In this document: piece after piece, positions 27,401 to 43,186 of the stretch
Layout: the number at the start of each line of letters is the position of its first letter
Position numbering within the stretch: the first letter of the stretch is position 1
Assembly: GCA_012295275.1 (NCBI GenBank)
Contig: CM022672.1
Span: forward strand, 8,184,001-8,248,000
Direction: 5' to 3'
Origin: Chrysomallon squamiferum
Taxonomy: Eukaryota; Animalia; Mollusca
DNA: 64,000 nucleotides
Made by a program: the position numbers and the translations under genes
The notes under the pieces: generated by a model
What the model saw: only the letters and a program-made list of their open reading frames with translations
Database searches by the model: none
Told to the model about the DNA's origin: nothing

Positions 27401-29957
27401 GAAACAATAACACGTAAACAACGACATCATCATCATCATCATCATCATCACCGCGTATAGGCGGTTGACAACGACTCTGATCTCGGCTAATGGAGGTAAT
27501 CTGGAGAAAATTGTAGCTGCAGGCTCTCGCCACCGAGGAGTAACAGTTCCACATTTCACAAACTGATCACACCGCCACATCACTGTGTGTGTGTGGTTTT
27601 TTTTAAGTGAAACTGGTTTAATTAACAATAATTTTATTTGTTAAAAACACACGCACGGGTCTGACACAGCTGAACAGACTGACTGGTGCACAACGACTTC
27701 CTCTCTCTGGACCCGCTCCTGTTTAACCTCACACCTCTCTGTACCTTTTCCACTCCGTTCCTGTTAGACTGACATTTTTTATTATTTTTTTTTTAACATC
27801 GATAATTTTAATCACATCTTTTCACACTGGTGTGTCTAGCCTCGCCGACACGTTATCTTTTATTAGCGACATTGCAGCCAGTTACGTAACACCGAGTGAC
27901 TCACTCATCACAAAGGAAACTGCACGTGCACTCATATTTATGAGATCCGAGCCGGCCGGCAATCCGCCAACCGACTTTTTGTTTCGTGATTATATTACTG
28001 GTATGCCAGTGATTCCACCGTGACCAGCCTTTTACTGAAATTAATAACTCGCCCCTGAAGTAACGACACTTGGTGGTGAGGTACCAGCAGACTGAGACAC
28101 ATATTGGCAATCTCTCACTCTTTGACTTAGCTTTGATGTGATGTCTGTTTACAACCAGATTAAAACACATTGATGTAATTATCTCGTTGACAAGTCGCAT
28201 AATTTTCCAGCCTCACCTCTTCCCACTATGAGCTGAATTAGACAGACACAATAAAAAAAAAAAAAAAATGTAAAAACGGTTTTTTTTTTTTTTTTTTTTT
28301 TTTTTTTCATTTCCTGGTATCTGGTAATGAACCCATTAACAACGGGTCTTCGTTACAAAGTTAACATAACCAGTGCCATCAAAAAAAAAAAAAAAAAAAA
28401 AACACCGAGGTTAATTTTGCATCTTCCCAGATATTATTTACATTTTTGTTGTGATTGTTGTTGTTATTACAATTATGCCTTTCTCATCGGCATTGTTATT
28501 ATTAGAAGATGCAGTAGAAGTAGTAGCTGTGCTGTAAGAGTAGTAGCAATAGCAGCAGCGCAATAGATTAAAAGTAGTAGTAATAGTAATAGTAGTGCAG
28601 TGGTAGTAGTTGTTGTTATCGTGTTCGTTGTAGTGACACTGACAAATATCAACCATCTTCTACATGGTCAGTGTGCGGCTGGACATTGGGCAAGAAATCT
28701 GACAGAGCGCCGTAAAACTTGATCGTACTCGAGTTTAATAATCTTGACTTAATTAAATCCAGGGACAGGTGACTCTTGAAAAGCGGTGACGTGTCACGTG
28801 ATGTGACCGGGAAGTCTGCAGACTTCTCGCGCTGAACGCGATCGACTGAGAAACTGGTCGTCAACGTGCCTCGCTCGGCGTGGCGATGGGTTTATTACTC
28901 GAGAAAGACAGACGTGGCAATCCGAGCCGACGTCTCAGTCGAGATGTCAGAAGTTAGACGTCGTGTTTGCACAGGTGACGCGGACACCGAGACGAAGAGT
29001 TAAACACTCTCTCTGTCTCTGAAGAAGAAAAACAATCTTAGATTTCTTACTGTGCGCTTCTTTAGTACAACAACAACAACAACAACAATAATACTAAACA
29101 TAATAATGGTAATAACAACAATAATAACAATAGCAATGACAATAAAACAACAAAACAATAAAATGTGGAGAATTAAAGCACAATCAAGAGGTTAATCAGC
29201 TGCAGTATCAATTCACCTTAGTGAGAGATTTCCCGTTCCGTCCTGTGTCCCTCGCCATGGTGTAAGCTTTCTTTAGCGTGGAAAATAGACACTTATAAAA
29301 GTGTCTCTTCCTGTTAACTGTTATGCATAATCAGAACATTCAGGATACATTTTGCAAGGCGGTACAAGACCCCTTTGGTGCCCCAAGGCAGGCAAAGATT
29401 TTTGTTCAAAAGACTAATAAAAAGAAATAATTGTAGTGTGATAAGTATAGTGATATTTGTGTATGTGAATGTAAGTGCATGTCGGGCTGAGGGTGGTAGA
29501 AAGTGTTTGTTCTCGAGGGAGGGGACGGATGCGGTGGGTCCATTCTTAGCTCTTGGGCCTCGGAACTAAGTACCGGTTAGACCCCGTCCCCCTGGGCACA
29601 GTATCAAGAGTGAGAAGAGCTGGCTTCTCTCTGGAACAAGATGATTATTTCAAAACATCAAACTTGTCAGCTCCTGTTAGTATGAAAAGCAATGACCGTG
29701 ATAAACAACTAATCATTTACAGGGACAGCTAAATGAGCTGCTCATTTACAGGGATATTAAGTAACAGGTGAACTGATTGCCGTGTCTGTTCTGTTTCTTC
29801 AGACTAACGCTAAGTTAAGTCACAGAAGCTTTGCGAGTTACTCTTCTGTAGTTTCCTGTAATTTGGTAAACTGCAGTCTGTCGGGCAAATCTGTATGTGA
29901 TTATGTAGGTCTTCATAACCTTCTGTGTTAACAGTTCATCTATACTTTACATACGAA

Positions 29958-29963
<6 letters not shown>

Positions 29964-30053
<90 letters not shown>

Positions 30054-30082
30054 ATGTAATAACACGTATAATAAATGGGACG

Positions 30083-30130
<48 letters not shown>
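29964..30130. repeat. (TC)n + conserved motif + (CA)n (dispersed repeat copy 2)
   Basis: Same 24-mer and arrangement as 20322-20445. Confidence 0.8.
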
Positions 30131-30132
<2 letters not shown>

Positions 30133-32069
30133 GAGTTTATATGTATGTTGTTTTCTTTGTTGTTGGATTTTTGAGGTTTTTTTTTTTTTTTTTTTTTTTC
30201 TTGTTCTTTTGCTTTATTTTTATTCTTATTTAGTTATTTTTTAGTAACATTACGTTGTTTTTTCTTTTTTTTTAAACTCAACCATCAGTCACAGTTGAAA
30301 TGCTGGTAGTTAAGACGACGTGATACAAATAAATATTTCCTACACTGCTAATGATTTCTTTCAAATGCACGATACACGATACGCGTCTATTGATTATCCA
30401 AGTCGTGATTACAAAACAAATTCTACGCTTTAATACGATAAACAGGTCTTCATTTTTTTCACTTCTTTTCTCTGATATATTTCTTAATTTTTTTTTTTAA
30501 TTTTTTTTTTCAGTCTTCATTTTCACACTCCACGAACAAACAGTAATGGATTTTCTCGTGGGTCAACCAGAAGGTGTTTTACTTTGTATTTTATCACTTA
30601 CTAGTCAAGTTAGTTCGTTTCTGTTTTACTACAGAGTCGAGTCGTGAAAATATACTGTCTTTTCATAACAATAGAGACAGAGACGGACCGATAGAGAGAC
30701 AGCCAGCACTTCATGTATACAATTATACAGATATTTAACTTGACTGTGAAACTAGAGAACAGTTAGTGATCAACTGGGGAATTTATACACTTTTTATGCC
30801 AATTCTCAAATGTGCAGCAAAACGTAGAAATATCCTCATTATTATTCATATACAATGAAACAAAACATTTGATAGGTTTAACCTTCACTTTGTTGACGCA
30901 TAAATAAATCTGGTATCTTGCGCAATGTGGTGATAAAGCTAAGTTCTAAAGTGCGGCAGGTAAGACGGTCGTATCCGGCGTCTGCCCAAAGCTAGAATAA
31001 ATGTCACAAAACCATCTCATCAACTCGCTAGTCAAAGATCGACTCCCAGGATTCTGTACATACGTGTTTCAAACTTCAGTGCGTGTAAAACTGTTTGAAA
31101 TAGGTCACTGCTGACGAGAATACATGACCTTGTGACCTCCAAGCAAGATTTGATAATATAAAATATTTTTAAAGTAAAACCAGATTACAGTGGTCGTTTC
31201 TATAAAAGGAAAATAAATCGAATTACCCGACCTGCCACCCCTCCTAAATCCGTCCTATTTGTTTCCTGATGCAACTGGACGTTTTAAATCATATTTTGCT
31301 GAACGCGTCACGTGATCGGTTAAGTAACAGCCATCTTGATTGGTGAGAATTCGCACTTGTCAGATAACAATTTCCGCTTTCGTGGTCATGATGTATAACC
31401 TGAGCTGACAAAAGTGCGAGGAATCATTAAAAAATCAATGTCGCCGTGGACATTACGAGGCGAAACAGACGTAATTTACAGCGCTTAGATGATCATCCAG
31501 AAATGTCCCGAACTTTCGATGAGATTTTGGCGTGTCTTTATTCCTTTCACGTTTTTCCCACCAACACGGCCGCTCTCCAGTGATTTGTCATAATTCCTCT
31601 GCTTCGTTGTTGACCCGCAGGCTTTGACCACAACAGAGAACCAGTATCATTACGTGAAAACTTGTCTGACCTTTCGGTACATGCACGCCTTTCCGGGCTT
31701 ATACAGTGAAAGAAAAACAATTTCATTTAGTGGTTTGTTAGACGTTTTACTATCTCTGTATTAATTCTTTCAATACTTTCTAAATGAATTTTTCTACTTA
31801 CGGTTAATAGCGACGTAACTTCGATATCCGATAAACATTTTCTTGTGCGAAGTGTGTGTAAGGCTATACTGAAAGCTATATAGTAGAAATGTCAAAATGG
31901 GCATTAAAAATTTCAATTTTAAAATAATTAAATAAAAGCCTCTTTAAATGATTTACCATGACATGCATGATTAATAATATAAAATGTTGTATTTTAATTT
32001 ATATAAAAAAAAACCCCAGCAAACTATTAAAGTATGACATATGAACACGTTTGTGGTGAAGTTTTGAAA

Positions 32070-32240
32070 TGATAACTTGTAATCGGCAGACAAAACTCAT
32101 CCAGTAACAGCAAAGGTTTTTGATTTACTTTCCCGATGACAAGACAGCACGTACCATTACCTGAATACGTCAGAGGCTGCCTGGAACACGATGTTTAACA
32201 GATAATACTCACTGAAGGATCGATCCTGCGACTGTCAGTG
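32070..32240 (-). mobile_element. Degraded tRNA-derived SINE-like remnant
   Basis: Contains aagacagcacgtaccat (shared with 5522) and a B-box-like ggatcgatcc at ~32217-32226. Confidence 0.45.
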
Positions 32241-33063
32241 AGTTACAGTAAGCTGTTTGTGTTTTTCATTTTAGAAATAAAAACATCATTACTAATTCTT
32301 TATGAAATATCTTACATCCTGAATGTTCAATAGCAAAGTCAAATAATGAATAAATAAACTAATAAACAAACAAACAAACAAACAAATAAATACAAATAAT
32401 AATTAGAAGAAGAACGAGAAGAACAGAGGAACAAGAAAAGAAGAAGAATTCTGATATAATTCTGAGTGGACATACTCAAGTTTTTGTACGGAGCCACTAG
32501 AGTTAACTATATGAGTCAATGATTTTCAGAAATTCCAATAATTCAATAACAATGATTTTTTTTTTTTTAAATGTCATATAAATGCATAGAAATCAACATA
32601 CTAATCTCCATGTCATCGAGACAATACATACTATATCAACTACAGTTTCCAAAGAGAAAATAATAATATCCTTATTATCAAAAATATCAGAAAATCATAT
32701 TCATTAAAACGACAGAAAAACAAAGAAAATGATACAATTAAAATTTATTAAAGATAAAATAATAATTTACTTTATTAAAAACAAAATAAAAAATTAAGAT
32801 TCATAATGTAAGGAAAAATGGTATGAAAGGTTAAATAAATCTCAGATATTTTATGTCTGTTACGTGTTAATGTAAAATTACGTGAGGGTTTTGATAAATG
32901 CCTGATCTGACGTTGTAAAGTTCTAAATGTCATTGTTATTTCTGTTTTATTGCTGAATTTTAAATGTCTCTGTTATTTCGGTTTTATTATTGAGTTACAA
33001 TGTCACCTTGCTTAATACGCATAAGACACCTTTTTTATTTTATTTTGTTTTTACTCTGTTTTT

Positions 33064-33098
<35 letters not shown>

Positions 33099-35909
33099 TT
33101 TTTTTTTTTTTTTTTTTTTTATTATTATTTTTTTTTTTTTTTTTTTTTTTTTTTTATTATTATTAATATATATATATTTTTTTTTTTTCCAAACACTATC
33201 AGATTAAATTGGTGAATTGTTCTTTAATTAACTGCTGAACTTATATATTTACATATATGCATACAGACTGATATACAAAGATACACAGACACACACACAC
33301 ACTGATCTGAACAGTATTAAAGAATATATGAGTGTGTGAGTGTAGGTGCGTCTGTGTGTGTTTGCGTGTGTGTTGGCAAATAACCGCAAATAGACAAAAA
33401 AAATTGTAATCTTTTCAATCCAAATAATTCACGCCTAAAAACTTAAATGTGTATATACAGTTCCTCATAAAGAGAGTTTATTTCAATCTACCCGCTGCGT
33501 AAAATACATAAACAGAGGCTTTCTGTCGATTTCTGTCGAATTCTGTCAAGTGATTTTATTTTATTTTATTTTTGTTTGATTTAAATATTTTATAAATACC
33601 ATGCGCTGTGTCAATAAGTCATTGTCGTCAGGAGAAGACAATTAATTACACGCTGTTGGATTACGTCAATAATGTTATTACGTCATCTTTCTGTTTATCC
33701 TTGGAAACGGTGTTGATTCACGAAAAGCAAAAAAAAAAAACGAAACATGATAGCAACTACACGTTTTATTTATTTAATCAGTCAGTTAGTTAGTAATCCA
33801 TCTATCTACCTATCTTTGTGAAGTATTATTACTTTAAAAAACAGAATTTGTTCTTGTTTTTGTTACTACAGCTGTCACTGTTTTTTCTACTGTTTTTTGT
33901 TCTTGTTCTTGTTCTTCTTTCTGTTACGGGGATGATGTGTGGGCTGTTATTGTCTTTGTTATTTTTGTTGTTACTGATGTTATACGGCTGTAGCTTTTTT
34001 TATGTTATTTTTTTTTTCCTTCCTCGATTTTTTCTTCTTGGTTTGCTCTGTAGATAATAGTGTACAATCGGAATTTCTCACATGTGACTGTTAGTGTTCC
34101 ATTTATTGTCGAAATATCTGCCAATTGCATTATTTGAATATAAGTTCTTCAGCTGAACGTGTTTGTTTGAAAACTGCATGTTCATTAATGATTTACATGT
34201 GTGTTTTTATGCACCACTTGTTACAGATCTGCATTGGCAAAAAGTCTCTCTGTAGAATAATCAATGAATCTGTTACACAGTTCTGCAAGAATTAATTGGA
34301 TTTTCTTCTTTTTTAAATTATCGTCACAAAAAATAAAGAGGAAAAAAGTAAAGAACAAATAGACGAAGAAAAATGTAGATAAATAAAAGGAGAAAAAACG
34401 AAAAAAATATATTAAATTTTATACTTTTTCATTTTTTTTTTTCTCCTATTTTTTAAAATGTTTTTGTTATGTTTTATTTTTTATTTTTTAAATTTCTATT
34501 TTCATAATTTTAATTATTATTATATATTTTTTTTAGTTTTTTTTTTTAGTTTTCTGTGTTTTTTAAAAATGTCTCAAATTCTATATCGCTACAGAATCAA
34601 CTACACAAACAAATTTCTAGTAGCACAAATTAATCTGGAAAAAAAGAAGAAGAGATAAACTTCTTTTGCCATTACACTGTAAATCAGAATTTAAACAAAA
34701 TAAGAAATGTGCATTCTTATATCAATCAGATTATATATTAAATGTTTTACATATGAAATTACAATTTGAAATTCAATTTGAAATTTGAAATTCATGCTAA
34801 ATATTACAATACAGTAATAATTACATTTTTTTTCTTCATCTCTCCTCTCCTAGTATTACTGAATGCAAGAAAATATTAAACAAAGATGGACATAAAACAC
34901 AGTAGGTTTTTTTTTTTTTTTTACTTAAATTATTATAATCTCACATATTTTTTCAAATCTTATACAGATTCTTGTTAAACATTCTAAGTTTTAAAAATAC
35001 ACGTAATTGATCTTGCTGGACTAACTCATTTCAGTAGATAGGTAAGAACCAGCGGATTAGAAAGATAAGTTGTCGTTTTACTAGTCTGATAAATGGAAGT
35101 ACTCCGTCAAAACAAGTCCCAGGTAACCAAGCCTGGTCACGTGACTGATAATTCTACGTAATGCTATTAACGATAGTCTCGAGTAGTCTATGAGGAGATT
35201 TTTTAATAAAGTTCTTTAATACAGCCGTTATGAAAAACAATTTATCTTATTTATTTTTTATCTGATTAATATTTGTCACTTGTTTATTCAGGTAATGGAC
35301 ATTTTTGTAAACAATAACTGTTATTTTGTCAGTTATTTTTGTGTCTGGAGAGAAGGTTTAGATTTATCGTTCAGCAAAATATGTCTGATAACTGTGCGTT
35401 TATTTCATCATTCCAAAGCTAGAATAAAAATTATTTTTCATTTTAGATATATAACTGAAGAACAGTATTTATTTATTTATTTATTTATTTGTTTGTTTGT
35501 TTGTTTGTTTGTTTGTTTGTTTGTTTTTGTTTTTTTTTGTTTTTTTTTTTTTTTGTTTTTTTTTTTTTGTTTTGTTTTGTTTTTTGTTTGTTTCTGTATA
35601 CATAATTAGTTGTTTAGTTTTTTGAAAAATATTTAATCGATTATTTTTAGTTAATGATGACATCAGTTTTATGGCTTTTTTTTTTTTTTAATTAAATATT
35701 TACGAAAGTTTCTCGAAAAAAATATAGAAGCAAGTTTATTTTTTGTGATATATCTAAAAATAATCTTATGACTCAGCTTTAGTGTGGAAAACGCTCTTTG
35801 AAAGATTAAAATGTCTTTTGAGTTTGTAAAATTTGATTTTTATTTCAATTTATGATGTGGAGAAGACCTTTTTCATTCGTTTATTGATTTTCTTTCTCGT
35901 ACAGTATCA

Positions 35910-36160
35910 GCCAGGGAAACATAACTCTTACCACCAGGGAAACATAACTCATGTTTTACTAACAAGGAATTATATCCCTACTTTTTCTAATGGAGAAAAA
36001 TAACCTTGGCTTTTTACTAGTAAGGAAATATAACTAATAGTGAAAATATAACACTAGTGTTAGTAACAGAGAAACATATATCTCATTTTACTAATAGAGA
36101 AATGTAATTCTAGTTTAACAACAGAGAAATAAACTATAGTTTTACTAACAGAAAATATAA
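35910..36160. repeat. Degenerate minisatellite, ~29-bp unit ttttactaaca(a/g)gaaatataact
   Basis: About 8-9 diverged tandem copies. Confidence 0.7.
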
Positions 36161-36579
36161 TTATATATATTTTTTTCTATTCTTCCTTCTCTGTTTTTAC
36201 GCAGTAAACACTTTACACGTTTCGAAATGGAAATGACATTTCAGTCCAGTGAAAATGTTCAACACATTCTCTATTTTGTTACAGTATAATAATTACATCA
36301 ATTCTGTACGCTTAGAAATGGACAGAGACTTTCAATATCACGTCGTCCTGATGCCTGTATTCTTGTTTTTTTTTTTCCTTTTCTTTTTTTTCTTTTTCTT
36401 TTGTGATAAGACGTTTAATCGCTTCGGTCGTTTCGAACTCGAGTTAAGATTTATAATATTTATTGCTACATATTTCCCTGTTTTCCTCTGATACAAAAAT
36501 GATATGATCGTTATGTGCCGTTAGTGGTTGTTACAACCCTGCCTTTATCTCTGTTTTTTACAAAAATAGAATAAGTTAA

Positions 36580-36649
36580 CTTAATTAAATAAATATAAAT
36601 AAATATATAAATAAATATAAGCCAATAAATAAATAGATAGATAGATAGA

Positions 36650-36696
<47 letters not shown>

Positions 36697-36960
36697 AAAT
36701 ATAAAAAAATAAATAAACAAAATAATAAATAAATAAACAAACAAACAAATAAAAAATAAATAAATAAATTAACCAAAATAAATAAATAGACAAATAAATA
36801 AATAAACAAAATAATAAATAAACAAATAAATAAATATAAGCAAAAAATAAATAGATAAATAAATAATAAAAATAAATAAATAAATAAAAATATAAATAAA
36901 CAAAATAATAAACAAACAAACAAACAAACAAACAAACAAACAAATAAATAAATAAAAAAT
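36580..36960. repeat. (AAAT)n/(AAAC)n low-complexity tract
   Basis: Simple repeats; source of the FIYL-repeat ORFs. Confidence 0.9.
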
Positions 36961-37907
36961 ATTTTTTTAAAAACCCCCCAAAAAAAAAAAAAATTAATGC
37001 CACAAATAACAACTGGGTCTGCTAATCAAGCCACTTCTTAATTTGTTTTAACCCCCCCCCACCCCCCCACCCCCGTCCCGACATTATCTTTGACACCGAG
37101 CGCAGAATTCCAGCGATCCGCAGCATCATCACATCTCTGTCCTATCTCCTATCTCCATCCGCAGAACAAATCTATCACTGCCACTTAGCAGTTTCCTTCC
37201 ACCATAACTTAAACTCAAATGGCTTTTCGTTCTACGATTTCAATTTTTAATTAAGCTCAGCTTTCCTCGGGGTGCAGTAAAACAAACGTTTGCGATGGAA
37301 ATTTCAGAAAACATTGTTTTGTCCAAATAATCGTCTTACAACCACGTGCGACCCTCTGGGGAGGTGCGGATGCACGTGAACTTCGTTGACGATGTTTATG
37401 TTGTGTGTTACTGATATTTCCTCATTCCCTTGCTGGTTCAGGTACAAGATAAAACGGCCTGCAGAGGCCACCTTATCACACTTCAGTGAGATAGATAAGA
37501 GCGGTTATTTGCAGTCGCTGGTACAGTAAATAACCATAACGTGGAAAACATGGGCTACTTTACAGCATCAGATAAAAATTACTGTCATGTACTGACATGC
37601 GTATCATCAGTCATCAGTGTATTCTTTTATTTTTTACTTTTAATTTTTAATTTTTTTTTTTCTCATTTATGTTTTATTTTAGTTTTAATTTTTGTTTATT
37701 ATCTCACAATTTATTGTTATATTTTTTTTTCTTTCTAATGTTTTATTTTATTTCGCTTTCCATTTTTTTTTTTTTTGTTTGTTTTTTTATATGTTATTAC
37801 GAATATATTCTTTTTGTTTATTTATTTATTTATTTACTATTTTATTTCACTTTAATTCAGATTTATACTCATACAATCTATTCTTTATAATTTTTTTTTT
37901 TTTTTCA

Positions 37908-37938
<31 letters not shown>

Positions 37939-38334
37939 TTTAATTTTGTTCTATTCTTTCATCATTATCTCTAGATTCACCCATATACATAATTCAATGT
38001 AGGTGAAATGATTTCACGACTGGTGATTGTGTAACAGTACGTAACGAGGTGAATATCCTGTTTATCAACGTGTCACCCAGCGAGTGTTCGTGTTGTTAAT
38101 TAATTAGTAATCTTCCGAGTCTGCCTCGCAGTGCACTCAGTTTTGTCAGCTGTAAGTTTCTAATTACCCGTGTCTAAGTTTATCGAGGTTAAAATCATAT
38201 TCTCAGATGCTGTGATCCTCAAATTCTTAAGATTGCAATTCAAACAGGCGAGAGAACGCTTTAGTCAAAACGTTGTAGATGCTAGATATAAATAATAATA
38301 AATAATAATAAATAATAACAATAATAACAATATC

Positions 38335-38379
<45 letters not shown>

Positions 38380-38588
38380 TTAATAATAATAATGAAAACA
38401 ATGACAACAACAACAGCAACATTAATAATAATAATATTAACAATATTTGTTAGAAGTTTTGGATATGTGACTCTAACATGTATTTAAATTAGTTTTATGA
38501 AGGTTTTTTTTATTAATGTTATATTATTTCATTTTCTTTTCTTTTATATTTTCATTTATGTTTATTTATTTATTTATCTCATTTTATT

Positions 38589-38623
<35 letters not shown>

Positions 38624-38818
38624 GTTTGTTTGTTTATTTATACATGCATTCATTAATACATACATATACATGCGCAGACACCCACGATGCAAGCAAACGC
38701 ACACATACATATAAATACACATAAACATACATATATAGATACACATACACATACAACACATAACCATATACACATATACATACACATAACAACACACAAA
38801 CACACACACACACACAGA

Positions 38819-38887
<69 letters not shown>

Positions 38888-39449
38888 GCAGACAACACGA
38901 CGACACTAAGTTCGATCTTCAAACATACACCTACACACACACACATACACACACACACAGACAACATCCTAGCTGTGTTATTTTCAAACAGTTATCGCCA
39001 GTCATCAAAAACTTTTCTCTTTTATTCCGTGACCTCACGCTGGTGCATGTTACGAGAACTTCAACCATTTCTCACAAATTATGTAATATTTGATAATCTT
39101 TCATCTCCCAGCACATTAATTTTACTTTCATTTCAGTTCGTTACCTTTAGCGGCAATAAAACCGCCGACTTATAGACCTATTTTAGTTTTCATCGAGAAG
39201 CAATTACTTTTAAAGCATAAATTGCTTGTTCACTTCGAAAAAAGGAGGAAAAACATTATCCTCCAAAAAAAGATAAATGACGGGGTTTTCAAAAAACTGG
39301 GATGATCGATATCTGATCTCGAAGTTTCGCGTATTAATTTTTATTTACGTGTATGTCTAATTAAGATAAAGCAGGTTTCTGTAGCGTGCAGTGCAACAAT
39401 TAATCTAATTATTTATAATCACGAACCCAAATTACTTTCTTACCCCTAC

Positions 39450-39546
<97 letters not shown>

Positions 39547-40960
39547 TACACATATTTAATGATTTATACAAAAAAATGTAACATATTTAAAAACTGACAT
39601 CCATTTATAACATTATTTACAAAAAATGATATAACCACATTTATATAACGTTATAAAAATACAGTGCGAGGTATTTAAAGATTTAAATGTTTCAGACGAT
39701 CTCTGAGCACACGGAATCATCTTAATACTTAATTTAAAATGACGAATAACAAAGTTATCCTGTTACAAAAAAGAGCGCGCTGGTTAATTCATCTTTTCCG
39801 TACACTGAAAACTAAAATGCATTAGTTATTGCTCATTTTAAACCGCTAAAGCCCAAATGCTTTTTTTTCTTTCCTCAAAACTGCACGAAAGTGAACCAAA
39901 TCTAGCTACATTTATTTAATACCTAATTGACGGGCGTGCTGAAGAGCAGACGAAAGCTATTAAAATATCTAAAATTTATAAAGAATTGTTCTCTGGCTTG
40001 AATGCGCTGCAGTTTGTCTGGTGGATTTATACGCTAATGACGTAACTTCCGCTCTGAGAGATTGCGCTCGTATGACTTCGGCGTCTGCTTTCTGGAGAGG
40101 TTGCAGACGGGAAATGGTGCTTAGTTAAACTTCGTGGGGTCTATCAGCGACGTGCGAAATGTTCTTTTTTATTCCATGGTGTGCAGTTTTAACGATTTTA
40201 CTCAAGTCAATCGTCCAGTCTAACGCGCAAATAAAATATTTTCTGTAAAATGTATAAGAGCACACACATAGACAGACAGATATACACGCATATAGATACA
40301 GACAGATAAAGTAACGAACACATATATGAACATTTTTAAATTGATTAATGTTATTGTTATTGACCCTGTTGTTGTTGTTGTTGTTGTTAATTTTTGATCG
40401 CTAAACTCTAAAGATTTTTCTTCTGTTCTGAGTGTATTCTATATAACAACAAGTAATTGTTTTAAAATGCTAGTGGAGATCAAACTTTGTTAACAATAAA
40501 TCATTGTTTCAGTAACAACTGGAGGCCTTTCTTTGCTAATAATAAACTATCAAACATCAAAAAGACAAGAAATATTTTACATTTGTCTTTTCTATATCAT
40601 CTTGACATGGAAGACTTCTAAATGTCGAAGTTGTTTTTAGGTACGTTTTAAATATCGAAGTTTAAATTACAAAATTAATGTTATCTTTATTAAGTCGCAC
40701 AGATAAAAGACAACCGTTTCAAAGTTGATAGAAATGTTATTTCCTGAATCATGTCACAGAGTCCAAAAACAATACGTCTGTCAGGTTACTTGAAACTATC
40801 CTACATAAAATATGCTCTATAAACTTCACACAAATGTAAATCATACATACATATAGACAAACAGACTAGATAGACAGATAGATAGACATACCCTCATTTT
40901 ATCTCTTTCTTTTCTTCCTTTACTTTTCTATCACTCTTTCTTTCTCTCTCTCTCTCTTCT

Positions 40961-41031
<71 letters not shown>

Positions 41032-43147
41032 ACGTATTTTATTTAATTCTGTGGTTGACTGCCCTTTTTTATTTTTTTAAATCATTTTTTTTTCTGTTGG
41101 TAGAGAATTTCTGCAAGATAAAGCGAAATCTAAAACTAAGTCACAAAGATTGATTGAAATCCTTGTAATGGAGTGCGATCGTCTGTTATTGATTCAGTGA
41201 AAACAAATGTGAAAAATCTGTTTTAGCTAAGAAATTCTGTTCGAGAATGTTTTTCAATACGAGTATTTTTTTTATTGTATGTAAAAACAATTAATATAAA
41301 GCCATTTAAATGAAACAGTCCGCATTAATGTGCTAACGCAATTGTTCAGCAATAATTGTTTTCTAACTTTAATCTTCTGTTCGTTCTTCGTGTTTGTCTC
41401 CAAGACCGAACGGGTTGCAGGTCATAGGACTCTTCGGTTCTTTACAAGATTGATTTTTTTTTTTTTAAATACTTGGTATGTGTTGCTTTGTCTGTGAATA
41501 ATACTTTCAGCAACAAAAGGTTTTTTTAAATAGCAAGACTGAAGTATGTTAAAAATAAAATAAGTTACGTTTCTTCAGTCTGTGCATATATAAAATTTTA
41601 GTTTTTATTTATATGATTTAAGTTTGCTCGCGATCAGAATTCGACACCAGCATCAGATTTTGTCTTTTGAACAGATCCGTGAAGAAGAGAAGGGTTGTTG
41701 TTTTTTGTTGTTTTTGTTGATGTTGTTTTGTTGCTGTGTTGTTGTTGTTTTGTTGGGGGGATTTTGAAGAAAAAAAGAAAAAAAAAGATATTCGTAAAAA
41801 CCTATTCAAGAGCAAATAAAAAGTCGTTAATACTGACAGTGATATAAACGGATAAGCAGAGTGATAGAGGACAGACAAATAAAAAAGAAAAACAGTTAGA
41901 TAGAAGATAGATATACAAAGAGATGTGTGATGTAATTTTGTAGTAAAAAAATATATAAATAAAACAGACAAAAAATAACAACACAAAAAACAAACAGACA
42001 GTTAATTGAAGTTTTCTTGTCGCTAGTACTATGTCACTAACAACACTAATCAGCCCAGTAATCACCGGTTTTTGGCTTCCGTTTAACATCAGAACGAGAC
42101 TGTCCGCTAGATGTCGCTGCATTACTCTTTACTTCCTCTATATAACTAATTTACGTCTTACTTTAAAATTTGTGATATCTTTTCGCACTAGCTGTTATTT
42201 TTATTTGTTTGTTTGTTTGTTTGTTTTTGTTGTTGTTGTTATTATTATTATTTATTTATTTATTATTTTTTTATCTTGGTATTATTATCAATATTATTAT
42301 TTTTCTTTTTCTTTTTTCTTTATTTTTATTATTATTATTATTTTTATTTATTTTTTAATTTTTTTTTTCAGATTTCCTATGCAAACAGATAAGTAAATTA
42401 TCTATATAATACACTGGCAAAAAATTCAACAAATCTGTGTTCTGTAACTTACATTAATGTTTTACCATGTGAAATATAACAAAAATTTCTAAAATATACA
42501 AATTAGGTTTTGAGGGAAATACTCGATTTTATGTAGAAAACTAAAACTATGAAAAATGTTTTTAAATTCTAACTTAGAAAAGATAAAACAAAAAGAAAAT
42601 GCATTACGTATTTCTATTTACTTAATTTTCAGGTGTTTTTTACAACTTGTTCGATGTTTTAAATACTGAAAAATTGTCTTGCAACTGGAAACGTTAAGCG
42701 GGTACTAGCTGAAGCATAAGAAAATCAATTGACAGGAATTCTTATCAACGATCGACACAGTTTAAAACAAACGCGTTTTCATTGCTCTGTATAGCATCTC
42801 GCTGACCAATCACATACCGTCTTACATTCAGATTCAAAAGATACTGAACAACCCGATCAGATAACTCTAAAATTGATTTCAAGAGGTCTGTTTGTCACGT
42901 GAAAATGGTTATTGGCAAGTTGTAAATGTTAGCTGTGAATTAACTCATAGCTCTAAAAATTCCTCACTTCGATTTGCAAAATGAGTTTATTTTTAATAAG
43001 AAAAGCTGATTTTCTGAGCATTCAGACAGATTAAGAAAAGACGTGACATAAAACAAAATGGAGGTTTTAAATTTTTACTTCTCTGGCAGCTGACAAAGAC
43101 CGATGAATTAGACTGATTAAATAAAAGTAATAAAAAATACATATTTC

Positions 43148-43186
<39 letters not shown>

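Noticed and set aside
31530-31700. THAP-like peptide SFHVFP suggesting a transposase relic
   Set aside because: Only a 6-residue resemblance, interrupted by stops, with no C2CH pattern or TIRs found
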